Virus record (IMG/VR): IMGVR_UViG_2579779009_000005
DNA: 45,234 nt
Strand: one strand, 5' to 3'
DNA from: a virus
Lineage: Duplodnaviria > Heunggongvirae > Uroviricota > Caudoviricetes
Shown here one piece after another: positions 35,579 to 44,076 of the stretch. The notes under the pieces are model-generated. The model did no database searches. It was given only the letters and a program-made list of their open reading frames with translations, and was not told where the DNA came from. A program made the translations under genes and the position numbers. Position 1 is the first letter of the stretch. Each line of letters opens with the position of its first letter.

Positions 35579-35739
35579 CAGTCACCCACAACGGCAAGCA
35601 GTACACAGTAAAGCGCTGTGCCCTGAATAATAACGAATGGCGGTTAACGTCGCTCACCAATACGCGCGAACAGGTCACACTGAACCGCTGGCAGATGCAC
35701 GTTTCTGGTTTACTGGCTCAGGTGGAGGGTAAAAAATGA
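35575..35739 (+). CDS. Small hypothetical protein (54 aa), not in ORF track
   Basis: ATGA-coupled at both ends (MTVTHNGKQYTVKRC...). Confidence 0.35.
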   Translation: MTVTHNGKQYTVKRCALNNNEWRLTSLTNTREQVTLNRWQMHVSGLLAQVEGKK

Positions 35740-35945
35740 TGTCGCACTACGGAACTACACCGCTCATTCGCCAGTGCGTCACGCCCGGCATGATGGCAAT
35801 GCATGAAGGCCGAACCTATCGCGTCTCAGCAGTCATTCAGGAGCGCAAATGGGTGTACCTGCACACCGATGCAGAAATCATACGCCTCAGTGACTGCGTG
35901 ATTGACGTCCTTCTGGACGGTCACGGCAACCCTATCCAGCACTAA
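35736..35945 (+). CDS. Small hypothetical protein (69 aa)
   Basis: Translationally coupled to the upstream small ORF. Confidence 0.4.
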   Translation: MMSHYGTTPLIRQCVTPGMMAMHEGRTYRVSAVIQERKWVYLHTDAEIIRLSDCVIDVLLDGHGNPIQH

Positions 35946-36015
35946 CTACCCTATTCAACCGATCGGCCTGGCTTTCTGCGGGCGGGATCTGCACATCCAA
36001 ATTTCAGGAGAAACC

Positions 36016-36984
36016 ATGAGAGAAATAACGGACTTAACTGTCATCGAAATCAAGCCGGAACAGGCGCCAGTGCTTTACGTATCGGGCGGCCTTGACACTT
36101 ATCTCGAGCAAATCCGCCAGGCAGTAAACGAAGTGCCGGACCTGTCCACGAAGAAAGGCCGTGACCGTGTCGCCTCTCTGGCGGCGCAGGTGTCCCGCAG
36201 CAAGACGGCAATTGAAAAGCCGGGCCGTGAGTACCTGAAGCGCCTGAAAGAAGCTGTGCGTCCAGCTGAGACCGAAATTAAGCGTTTCGTTGATGCCTGT
36301 GACGAGTTGCGTGATTCGACCCGCCGCCCACTCACCGAATGGGAAGCCGAGCAGGATCGCATTAAGGCTGAGGAAGCCATGAACGCGCTGCACGCCGAAG
36401 CGCTGGAGATGAACGAAGAATTCGACCGCCAGCGTGCCGCGAAAATCGAAGCAGACCACGAAATGGCTCTGCTGATGAATGACGCTTTCGACCGTGACCG
36501 CGAAGAGAAGCGCCGCCAGGAAGAACAGGCCCAGCGTGAGCACGAAGAGCGCATTAAGCGCGAAGCGGCAGAACAAGCCCGCCGCGATGCAGAAGCGAAG
36601 CACAAAGCGGAGATTGAAGCCGCAGCGCGTCGCGAAGTTGAAGAGAAAGCTCGCGCAGATGCCGCAGAGCGTAAGCGCAAAGAAGACGCTGACCGTGCAG
36701 AACGCGAGAAGCAGGATGCCATCGCAGAAGAAAAACGCAAAGCGCAGGAAGAAGCAGATCGCATCAAGCGTGAAGCTGAAGCGAAAGAAAAAGCCCGTCT
36801 GGCCGAAGAGCAGCGCAAAGCGGAAGAAGAAGCGCGCCGCGCAGCTGACAAAGAGCACCGCCGCACCGTCAACCGTCGTGTCTACGCAGACCTGATTGCT
36901 CAGGGCATCCCAGAAGAATTCGCACAGAAAGCAGTGCTGGCGATCGCTGGCGGCAAAGTGCAGGACGCGCACATCAAATATTGA
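36016..36984 (+). CDS. Hypothetical protein with long K/E/R-rich charged helical repeat region
   Basis: Start revised to MREITDL (RBS aggag). The C-terminal ~200 aa is an extreme E/K/R/A repeat (EEKRRQEEQAQREHEERIKREAAEQARRDAEAKHKAE...). Confidence 0.5.
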   Translation: MREITDLTVIEIKPEQAPVLYVSGGLDTYLEQIRQAVNEVPDLSTKKGRDRVASLAAQVSRSKTAIEKPGREYLKRLKEAVRPAETEIKRFVDACDELRDSTRRPLTEWEAEQDRIKAEEAMNALHAEALEMNEEFDRQRAAKIEADHEMALLMNDAFDRDREEKRRQEEQAQREHEERIKREAAEQARRDAEAKHKAEIEAAARREVEEKARADAAERKRKEDADRAEREKQDAIAEEKRKAQEEADRIKREAEAKEKARLAEEQRKAEEEARRAADKEHRRTVNRRVYADLIAQGIPEEFAQKAVLAIAGGKVQDAHIKY

Positions 36985-36991
36985 GGCAACC

Positions 36992-37276
36992 ATGAACGCA
37001 TTCCTTACTTACGACCGCATCGAAGATCGGCGCTGGGCTAAACAGCAGCTCACCGACGAGAAAGAAAAGTGGATCGATGACCGGGCTCGGGAAATCATCG
37101 ACATGATGCCAAAAGAGCCGTCCGGCCTCTTCCACTTCACGGTCCCGATTGACTCCAGCCCATACGAAGGACTTCGCAGCGATAAAGCTGGTGAGGCCTA
37201 CAACGATTTCATTTCGGCAGTTGCTTACGCCCAGGCGGAATACGACTGGGAACACCGTACCGGCTGCCCGTTTTAA
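36992..37276 (+). CDS. gam: Gam-like host nuclease inhibitor
   Basis: The N-terminus MNAFLTYDRIEDRRWAKQQLTDEKEK resembles remembered lambda Gam ([28 protein letters not shown]). Directly upstream of bet. Confidence 0.5.
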   Translation: MNAFLTYDRIEDRRWAKQQLTDEKEKWIDDRAREIIDMMPKEPSGLFHFTVPIDSSPYEGLRSDKAGEAYNDFISAVAYAQAEYDWEHRTGCPF

Positions 37277-37294
37277 TTTTTGAGGGGATTAACG

Positions 37295-38140
37295 ATGGCA
37301 AACGAATTAACAATCACGGCGAGTGCGCTGGCGGAAAAAGGTATCGACGTCGCTACCTGGAGCGCGCTGAAGAACAGTATCTACCCAGGCGCCAAAGACG
37401 AATCGGTAATGATGGCGCTCGATTACTGCCGTGCCCGCCAGCTGGATCCGTTGCTGAAGCCTGTTCACCTCGTGCCGATGAGCGTCAAAGACTCAAGAAC
37501 GGGTAAAAGCGAATGGCGCGATGTGGTAATGCCGGGCATCGGGCTTTACCGCATTCAGGCGGACCGCTCAGGTGATTATGCCGGTGCCCGCGAACCAGAG
37601 TTCGGTCCAGACACGACGCAGACGCTTTCTGGTGTCGAGGTCACCTTCCCTCAGTGGTGCAAATACACCGTCTACAAGCGCATGCCCAGCGGGGAGATCG
37701 TCGAGTTCAGCGCCAAAGAATATTGGATTGAAAATTACGCCACCGGCGGCCGCGACACCACGGCGCCGAACGCGATGTGGAAAAAGCGCCCATACGGACA
37801 GCTGGCGAAATGCGCAGAAGCCCAGGCGTTGCGTAAGGCCTGGCCCGAGATCGGACAGCAGCCTACCGCCGAAGAAATGGAAGGCAAATCACTGGACGTT
37901 GATATCCGTGACGTCACGCCGCGCAACACCACAGAAGCGCTTCCACCAGCAGCAGGCGAAGAAACGCTTCAGGCGATCACCGATCTCTTAACGACCCTGG
38001 ATAAAGACTGGGAGAAAGACTTCCTCCCACTGTGCAGCGACATCTTCAAACGGCAAATTCTTGAGGCGTCAGAGCTCACTGAAGAAGAGGCACAGAAAGG
38101 GTTTGGCTTCCTTCAGAAAAGAGCTAAGGCGGCAGCATGA
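37295..38140 (+). CDS. bet: Red beta-like single-strand annealing protein (Bet)
   Basis: The C-terminus [30 protein letters not shown] matches remembered lambda Bet (LLIALDKTWDDDLLPLCSQIFRR). Start revised to MANELT. Confidence 0.75.
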   Translation: MANELTITASALAEKGIDVATWSALKNSIYPGAKDESVMMALDYCRARQLDPLLKPVHLVPMSVKDSRTGKSEWRDVVMPGIGLYRIQADRSGDYAGAREPEFGPDTTQTLSGVEVTFPQWCKYTVYKRMPSGEIVEFSAKEYWIENYATGGRDTTAPNAMWKKRPYGQLAKCAEAQALRKAWPEIGQQPTAEEMEGKSLDVDIRDVTPRNTTEALPPAAGEETLQAITDLLTTLDKDWEKDFLPLCSDIFKRQILEASELTEEEAQKGFGFLQKRAKAAA

Positions 38141-38817
38141 CACCAGAAATTATCCTGACCAGGACCGGCATTGACGTAACCACTATCCAACAGGGCGATG
38201 AGGCGTGGCACCGGCTGCGTCTCGGCGTCATTACTGCCTCTGAAGTGCATAACGTTATTTCCAAGCCGCGTTCCGGCACCAAATGGACGGGCATGAAGAT
38301 GTCCTACTTCCACACCCTGCTCGCCGAGGTATGCACTGGCGTAGCGCCAGAGGTTAACGCCAAGGCGCTGTCCTGGGGGAAGCAGTATGAGGAAGACGCC
38401 CGCACTCTCTTCGAGTTCACCACCGACGTGAAAGTCACGGAGTCTCCGATCCTGTTCCGTGACGAGAGCATGCGCACCGCGTGCTCCCCTGACGGCCTTT
38501 GCAGTAACAATTTCGGCCTAGAGCTGAAATGCCCGTTCACCTCCCGCGACTTTATGAAATTCCGCCTCGGCGGTTTCGAAGCCATTAAGTCCGAGTACAT
38601 GGCCCAGGTGCAGTACAGCATGTGGGTTACCGGAAAAGACGCCTGGTTTTTTGCCAACTATGACCCCCGCATGAAACGCGAAGGCATTCATCATGTCGTC
38701 GTTGAGCGGGATCCGCAGTACATGTCCGATTTCAACGAAATGGTGCCGGAGTTCATCGAGAAGATGGACGAAGCGCTGGCGGAAATCGGCTTCACGTTCG
38801 GGGAGCAGTGGAAATGA
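38137..38817 (+). CDS. exo: Lambda-type exonuclease (Red alpha)
   Basis: Near-collinear with remembered lambda Exo along its whole length ([65 protein letters not shown]). Confidence 0.9.
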   Translation: MTPEIILTRTGIDVTTIQQGDEAWHRLRLGVITASEVHNVISKPRSGTKWTGMKMSYFHTLLAEVCTGVAPEVNAKALSWGKQYEEDARTLFEFTTDVKVTESPILFRDESMRTACSPDGLCSNNFGLELKCPFTSRDFMKFRLGGFEAIKSEYMAQVQYSMWVTGKDAWFFANYDPRMKREGIHHVVVERDPQYMSDFNEMVPEFIEKMDEALAEIGFTFGEQWK

Positions 38818-39242
38818 AACGCACACCATTCTACCGCAGGCCCGGGCGAACCGGGCAATTCTCCGGCCTCCGTGAGCGCGTTATCTGGATGATTCAGACG
38901 CGCGGCCGCCCGGTCACCGGCAGCGAAATCGCTGAGAAGTTTGGAGTATCGCTCATTGAGTTTAACCGTGTCGCCAACGGCATTACCCGCGGCGCCGGAC
39001 AAATAGCGCAGATCGTTGAGTCTGAAAAATGGCTCAACGAGGACGGTATCTGCGACCGGACTTTCGACCTGGTCACGAAGCCAAAGGTTGTAACGCCGCA
39101 AGGTAAATCGCGGTTGTTCACCCGGCGCGCCATAGAGCAGTCGCAAGAAGGCAGGCGGCAGGAGTGCATAGCGCGTGCCGCACGTCGTCGCCGACTGATT
39201 GCTCAGGGCCTCTACATCGACGAAATGGAGTCAGTGCTATGA
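38814..39242 (+). CDS. Hypothetical protein with putative winged-helix segment
   Basis: 142 aa, ATGA-coupled to exo. Basic termini. Confidence 0.45.
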   Translation: MKRTPFYRRPGRTGQFSGLRERVIWMIQTRGRPVTGSEIAEKFGVSLIEFNRVANGITRGAGQIAQIVESEKWLNEDGICDRTFDLVTKPKVVTPQGKSRLFTRRAIEQSQEGRRQECIARAARRRRLIAQGLYIDEMESVL

Positions 39243-39406
39243 AAGCGTGGTCACTCGAAGAGCTTGCGCTGCTATGGCGGCACTCAAACGCTGAAGTCGC
39301 GGAGATTACTGGCCGCAGCATTAAAGAAGTCGGAGATAAGCGGCTGCAAACCAATACAGCGCGTAATGGCTGGGATGTTAACGATCCGGAGCGGGAGGAT
39401 GCATGA
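39239..39406 (+). CDS. Small hypothetical protein (55 aa), HTH-like
   Basis: [31 protein letters not shown]... Coupled at both ends. The tabulated ORF 39164..39406 is the same frame with an earlier start. Confidence 0.4.
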   Translation: MKAWSLEELALLWRHSNAEVAEITGRSIKEVGDKRLQTNTARNGWDVNDPEREDA

Positions 39407-40464
39407 ACAAAGTAGGCGATTATTTCTTCGAGTTTCCGGCGTCGCGCGGCATGCAGGGTGGCACGGCGACTTACATGATTACGGCACCTGCCCGCGCGTT
39501 GACGCGCATACTTGCCTCCGACAATCACGGCAGCACGCTCGAGCGTTCTCAACGCGAAATTAACCAGGCGCGAGTGAAGAAGTTTTACCAGTACCTCGTC
39601 AATGCATACCAAAATAAAGAGCCCTTCATCATCCCGCCGCTGGTCGGTAACTGCGACGCGGATATTGAGTTTGAAGAGTTCGGCAATACGAATGTTGGCG
39701 TCGCACGCTTCCCGATGGATGCGGTTATTAAGCTGTTCGACGGGCAGCACCGCGCCGCCGGGCTGGAGGAGTTCTGCCGGACATACGGAGAGCCGATCAG
39801 CATCCCATTAATGCTGACCCATAACCTCCCGCTGAAGGCGCGCCAGCAGTTCTTCTCGGATATCAACAACAACGTGTCAAAACCCTCCGCCGCGATCAAC
39901 ATGGCCTATGACGGGCGTAATGATGTGGCCCAAGGGATGGTCACGTTCCTGTCTCAGCACGACACCTTCGCTGAGGTGACTGACTTTGAGCACAACGTCG
40001 TTCCTGCGAAAAGTAAGCTGTGGGTGAGCTTCAAGGCGCTGAGCGACGCGACGGCCAAGTTTGCCAGCGCAGGCAATAAGCCTCTGGAAATGGGCGATAT
40101 CGAATCCATCTGGGAGGCCTGGTTAGCCCTGACGCAGATCGAGGCGATTCGCCACGGCACCAGCCAAGCAGACTACAAGCGCGACTACATTCAGTTCCAC
40201 GCAGTGATGATTAACGCCTTCGGCTATGCCGTTCAGCGGCTGATGGCTGACCACTCAATCGTCGATATCGTCCAGATGATTGAGGATCTGGCAAGCAATG
40301 CGGGCTCCTCTGAGATGGAAGACTTCTTCCTGATTGCTCGGTGGGGTGGCGTCTGTGTTAACGCCGAAAAAGACCGCCCAACGATAATTGCCTCCGTTCC
40401 GGCGCAGAAATCAGCTGCTGAGCGGCTCGTCAAAGTTATCCTGGCACAAAGCCTCGGGGAATAG
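39403..40464 (+). CDS. DGQHR-domain protein (DndB-like, ParB-fold)
   Basis: Exact DGQHR motif (KLFDGQHRAAGLEEF) in a 353-aa protein. ATGA-coupled to the upstream gene. Confidence 0.6.
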   Translation: MNKVGDYFFEFPASRGMQGGTATYMITAPARALTRILASDNHGSTLERSQREINQARVKKFYQYLVNAYQNKEPFIIPPLVGNCDADIEFEEFGNTNVGVARFPMDAVIKLFDGQHRAAGLEEFCRTYGEPISIPLMLTHNLPLKARQQFFSDINNNVSKPSAAINMAYDGRNDVAQGMVTFLSQHDTFAEVTDFEHNVVPAKSKLWVSFKALSDATAKFASAGNKPLEMGDIESIWEAWLALTQIEAIRHGTSQADYKRDYIQFHAVMINAFGYAVQRLMADHSIVDIVQMIEDLASNAGSSEMEDFFLIARWGGVCVNAEKDRPTIIASVPAQKSAAERLVKVILAQSLGE

Positions 40465-40466
40465 TT

Positions 40467-40931
40467 ATGACAATGCAGATGCACTCAATGCCCTGGCCTG
40501 AATCTCAGGCCATTTTTTTGTCCAAAACTTATCTGTACATGGATATGGATGAACTGTGCACAACGTTACAGCGCACCAAAGCGTCTATCCAGATGAAGGC
40601 CAGCAGCATGGGTCTTTACCGCTGCGGGAAGTTAACCCTCGACGATCTCCAGCTGATTGAAGCCCTGCTTGATGCCGGTCTTGAGTATGCTGTTATCGCC
40701 AGAAAGTTCGAACTCTCCAAGCCTCAGCTAATGAGGGTTCTGGAAACGGTAGCCTTTCATTGCGATATCTGCGGCACATTCTCCGCGTCTATGCGTTCCT
40801 CTTACTGGAAATTCGACGGAGAGCCGCAAAGGACTTATAGCTGCTGTCCGGCGTGTTGCCGAGCGATGGTTGAAAGCTTTAACGCAGGACACGACGGGCC
40901 GTTGCTGGCACGCAGACGGGAGGCGGCATGA
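40467..40931 (+). CDS. Hypothetical protein with HTH-like segment and C-terminal zinc ribbon
   Basis: 154 aa with C-terminal CDIC...CCPACC. Starts 3 nt after the DGQHR stop and is ATGA-coupled to the methyltransferase. Confidence 0.45.
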   Translation: MTMQMHSMPWPESQAIFLSKTYLYMDMDELCTTLQRTKASIQMKASSMGLYRCGKLTLDDLQLIEALLDAGLEYAVIARKFELSKPQLMRVLETVAFHCDICGTFSASMRSSYWKFDGEPQRTYSCCPACCRAMVESFNAGHDGPLLARRREAA

Positions 40932-41587
40932 CCGAGAAATACGCTCTTATCTACGCTGATCCGCCCTGGTCTTACGGCAACACCATCAGCAACGGCACCG
41001 CTGCCGACCACTACTCCACCATGAAGCTCATCGACATAAAGCGCCTGCCGGTTTGGGAGCTGGCTGCCGAAAACGCGGTGCTGGCGATGTGGTACACCGG
41101 CACGCATAACCAGGAAGCGATAGAGCTGGCCGAAGCCTGGGGATTTACAGTTCGTACGATGAAGGGCTTTACCTGGGTGAAGCTGAATCAGAACGCGGAA
41201 TTGCGCATCAACAAGGCGCTGGTCGAGGGTGAAATCACCGACTTTTACGACTTCCTCGATTTGCTTAACGCCGAGACGCGCATGAATGGCGGCAACCACA
41301 CCCGGGCCAATACCGAAGATCTGCTGATTGCTACCCGAGGCGCCGGGCTGGAACGAAAGCACGCCGGGATTAAGCAGGTTGTCTACAGCCCGCTCGGCGC
41401 GCACAGCGAAAAGCCGTGGGAAGTGCGCCACCGGCTGGAACTGCTATACGGCGATGTGCCGCGCATTGAATTATTCAGCCGCAGCGGGGCGCCAGGCTGG
41501 CATCACTGGGGAAATCAGTGCGCTACCGCCGCGGTAGAACTGCTGCCAGGCTGCGCCATTGATGTTGTGAAAACGGAGGCCGCATGA
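40928..41587 (+). CDS. MT-A70 family DNA N6-adenine methyltransferase (orphan)
   Basis: DPPW catalytic motif near the N-terminus (YALIYADPPWSYGN). 219 aa. No adjacent restriction endonuclease candidate. Confidence 0.7.
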   Translation: MTEKYALIYADPPWSYGNTISNGTAADHYSTMKLIDIKRLPVWELAAENAVLAMWYTGTHNQEAIELAEAWGFTVRTMKGFTWVKLNQNAELRINKALVEGEITDFYDFLDLLNAETRMNGGNHTRANTEDLLIATRGAGLERKHAGIKQVVYSPLGAHSEKPWEVRHRLELLYGDVPRIELFSRSGAPGWHHWGNQCATAAVELLPGCAIDVVKTEAA

Positions 41588-41802
41588 CGCCAGAAACAGA
41601 CAACGCCATCCGCGCCGCCTGCCGTCGCTGCACCGAGGAAATCCAGCAGGCCATGCGCAAGAAGCCAAAGCCAAACTGGAACGAAACTGTGCCTCCCATC
41701 ATCAACAAGCATCACAAGAAAATTGAAGCTCTGGTAGTTAGCCTCCTGGAGTTCGTCGTATACACAGGTCGGCTTAATCGCCGCTTCGGAGCAGAACAAT
41801 GA
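41584..41802 (+). CDS. Small hypothetical protein (72 aa)
   Basis: ATGA-coupled to the methyltransferase stop. Confidence 0.4.
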   Translation: MTPETDNAIRAACRRCTEEIQQAMRKKPKPNWNETVPPIINKHHKKIEALVVSLLEFVVYTGRLNRRFGAEQ

Positions 41803-42140
41803 GCAAGGTAACTTTTGTCGTAGATTTTGAGGACGGGAAAGAGCCCGCGGTGCATTCCCGCATGAACATTCTCGGCGGAGAGCTGGCGGCAGTTGCGTGG
41901 AAAGATGCAATTAAATCAGAGGTTGTTTCCGTAAATGATGGGCTGCCTGCTCCTAATCAGCAGTGTTTGTTATTTGACGCTAACGGTGAAGGTTGGGTCA
42001 TTGGTTGGCGCTCAGTTTGGCTTTCAGACTGTATGACTGAAACTGGTGACTGGGAATGGAGCTATCAGATTGAGAGCCTTGATGATGAGGAAATGAACAT
42101 TACGCATTGGGCACCCACACCTCCGGAGCCAGAGGCATGA
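41799..42140 (+). CDS. Hypothetical protein, DUF551-like C-terminus
   Basis: 113 aa ending ...ITHWAPTPPEPEA, resembling the HW.P.PEPP ending remembered for DUF551 phage proteins. Confidence 0.4.
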   Translation: MSKVTFVVDFEDGKEPAVHSRMNILGGELAAVAWKDAIKSEVVSVNDGLPAPNQQCLLFDANGEGWVIGWRSVWLSDCMTETGDWEWSYQIESLDDEEMNITHWAPTPPEPEA

Positions 42141-42154
42141 AAGCTCTAATCACC

Positions 42155-42178
42155 AGGTCGCTCGGGCGGCCTTTTTTA
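42155..42178 (+). terminator. Intrinsic terminator
   Basis: Stem aggtcgc-tcgg-gcggcct (one G-U pair) followed by ttttttatt. Confidence 0.5.
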
Positions 42179-42225
42179 TTGCTGGCGTTCACCTTCAACC
42201 GTATTAACCGACAGTTCCGGGAGCA

Positions 42226-42450
42226 TTGATCATGGCAGACATCATCGACACAGCAGCAGAGATTGAAGAGCTACAGCGTAACGCTGCACTTTCCGCTCAC
42301 CGCATCAACCGCAACGCCGTATCAGCTGAACGTTGTGAAGAATGCGACGAACCGATTCCTGAGCTGCGGCGTGCTGTAGTTCCCGGCTGCCAGACCTGTT
42401 CCAGTTGCCAGGAAGAGATCGAACTGAAGAATAAGCAGAGGGGGCTTTAG
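42226..42450 (+). CDS. TraR/DksA-family C4 zinc-finger protein
   Basis: CEECDEPI...CQTCSSCQEE four-cysteine motif in a 74-aa protein. Confidence 0.6.
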   Translation: MIMADIIDTAAEIEELQRNAALSAHRINRNAVSAERCEECDEPIPELRRAVVPGCQTCSSCQEEIELKNKQRGL

Positions 42451-42537
42451 CTCATCCTTATTCTCTTGTTTGACAGCGGTATTTACGGACTTCACGTTGC
42501 CAGTTTAATATTTGTTAGTCTGTATTCAGGAGAACAT

Positions 42538-42810
42538 ATGATGAAAGATATCATGCTTTTTGGTGCAGGGCACGATGGTACTAAGCGTCAAGTTGAGCCA
42601 GGGAAAGAATCCTACTTCTTCAACAGTCAACCAGTACTATCGCCTACGGGCACCAATAGAGTTAGCTATGGTGCAGAGCAGGTTTCATTCCGGGTTAGCA
42701 CTGTTTATCCAGAAAAAGGGGGGTTTTTGATTGGAGTGCATGGTGAAGAACCTTCAGATAACGCGATAGTAGAAGCGATATTTAAGTACAACCCTACCCC
42801 ACTAAACTGA
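42538..42810 (+). CDS. Hypothetical protein (90 aa), moron-like
   Basis: Start revised to MMKDIM with RBS aggag. Own terminator downstream. Moderately AT-rich. Confidence 0.45.
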   Translation: MMKDIMLFGAGHDGTKRQVEPGKESYFFNSQPVLSPTGTNRVSYGAEQVSFRVSTVYPEKGGFLIGVHGEEPSDNAIVEAIFKYNPTPLN

Positions 42811-42830
42811 AAGCAGTGCACTGCAACTAA

Positions 42831-42854
42831 CCTCGCCATGGCGGGGTTTTTTAT
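42831..42854 (+). terminator. Intrinsic terminator
   Basis: Stem cctcgc-catg-gcgggg followed by ttttttatt. Confidence 0.5.
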
Positions 42855-42898
42855 TGGATAAAACTCGCTGAACCCAGCGCGCGGCATGAGGAGAGATT

Positions 42899-43198
42899 AT
42901 GAAGGAATTACGTTTTTATGGAGCAAGTGATGACCTGTTCGAGTGCGAAGGAGCGATTCGAGAGGAGATTAGTTGCTTCAATCATCCGGGCATCTATCAC
43001 CTGAAATCAGCTGAAGGTGAAATGCAAGTAATCGCCACATACACCGACATCGGCTGTTGGTCTATCGGTATCTGCCAGGTTGATGAAGATGTGCCAATCC
43101 CACAATGGGAAACATCGTTCAGCACTCACGATAAGGGGTATAGCGTTGTCCTTACTATTAAGGTCCCAGATGACACTGTTCTGGTACAGGAAGACTAA
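42899..43198 (+). CDS. Hypothetical protein (99 aa)
   Basis: RBS gaggag. Cys/His-containing. Followed by a terminator. Confidence 0.45.
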   Translation: MKELRFYGASDDLFECEGAIREEISCFNHPGIYHLKSAEGEMQVIATYTDIGCWSIGICQVDEDVPIPQWETSFSTHDKGYSVVLTIKVPDDTVLVQED

Positions 43199-43270
43199 AG
43201 GCGCAACTGATAGCCAGTTATGAGCTGGCTATTGGGTGCGATGCACCGCCTCACATCCCTTGATGTTATT

Positions 43271-43294
43271 GCCGCCTACGGGCGGCTTCTTTTT
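43271..43294 (+). terminator. Intrinsic terminator
   Basis: Stem gccgcc-tacg-ggcggc followed by ttcttttt. Confidence 0.5.
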
Positions 43295-43394
43295 GGGAGT
43301 TACCCATGCACTCGAATCCCATCATGTGGAGCATCGCAGCACTAACCGCGCTGGCTGCTCTCATCTCATTTCTACGCGAACCGGCAGGTGTGCA

Positions 43395-43595
43395 ATGGCT
43401 AAGTATTCTGTGGGCGCAATAGTCCAGCTAAAGACCGGCGGCATACATGGATACGTTGAGAGCCTAATCGAACCAGATAGCGAACATCCGAAGTACTGGT
43501 GCAAATGGGACTCGGGAAGCTACCAGGTGCATCAAGAAAACAAACTACGGCCTGCCACTGTGGATGGGCCGCAACTGTATAAGACATTGGCTTAG
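43395..43595 (+). CDS. Small hypothetical protein (66 aa)
   Basis: Start revised to MAKYSVGAIVQLKTGG. The tabulated N-terminal extension is unlikely because it runs through the upstream terminator. Confidence 0.4.
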   Translation: MAKYSVGAIVQLKTGGIHGYVESLIEPDSEHPKYWCKWDSGSYQVHQENKLRPATVDGPQLYKTLA

Positions 43596-43606
43596 GAGGA
43601 TAAGCT

Positions 43607-43810
43607 ATGCGAGAACTACGCGATGACTCACTCATTGACATGAAGTTCATGATCGAGGATGCTGGCTACACGGCCAAATACTTCTATGACCAAATCAAGG
43701 CCGGCAAACTTCCCAAGCCAATCAAGTACGGGCGATCATCCAGGTGGATGTATGCCGACTACCAACACTGGAAATTCAGTCATCTCTCCCCTCAAAGAAA
43801 AGCATCGTGA
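43607..43810 (+). CDS. Excisionase / AlpA-family DNA-binding protein
   Basis: Strong RBS taggagg. Motif KLPKPIKYGRSSRW typical of the AlpA/Xis family. Immediately upstream of the integrase. Confidence 0.6.
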   Translation: MRELRDDSLIDMKFMIEDAGYTAKYFYDQIKAGKLPKPIKYGRSSRWMYADYQHWKFSHLSPQRKAS

Positions 43811-44076
43811 TTTCCCTTTGCGGGCACAACAGTGGGCACAAATTTCCTCACATCGACAAATTCTTTTATATCCCCTGTGGTTACATTGCCTGTATGATGT
43901 CTGCAGGGGACACCATTTATCAGTTCGCTCCCATCCGTACCAGTCCGCAAAATCCCCTGAATATCAAGACTTCCGTAGATTCACAGTTCGTAATGGTTCG
44001 CGTCAGCTCGTTTACAGCCGCACTCCATGACGGGTAAAAAGTGGATAAAATAATTTTACCCACCGGATTTTTACCC

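Noticed and set aside
35418-35630. Tabulated 70-aa plus-strand ORF
   Set aside because: It overlaps, in another frame, two shorter ORFs that have RBSs and ATGA coupling. Its Arg/Ser-rich composition looks non-coding.
36034-36993. 319-aa and 257-aa minus-strand ORFs
   Set aside because: Antisense shadows of the E/K/R repeat gene; the low-complexity repeat keeps the opposite frames open. Composition (Ser/Ala/Arg/Phe runs) is non-protein-like.
43659-44037. 123-aa and 97-aa plus-strand ORFs between xis and int
   Set aside because: They overlap the AlpA-like gene and the int upstream region in other frames, with no RBS and odd composition. This region is more likely to hold int regulatory or arm-type sites.
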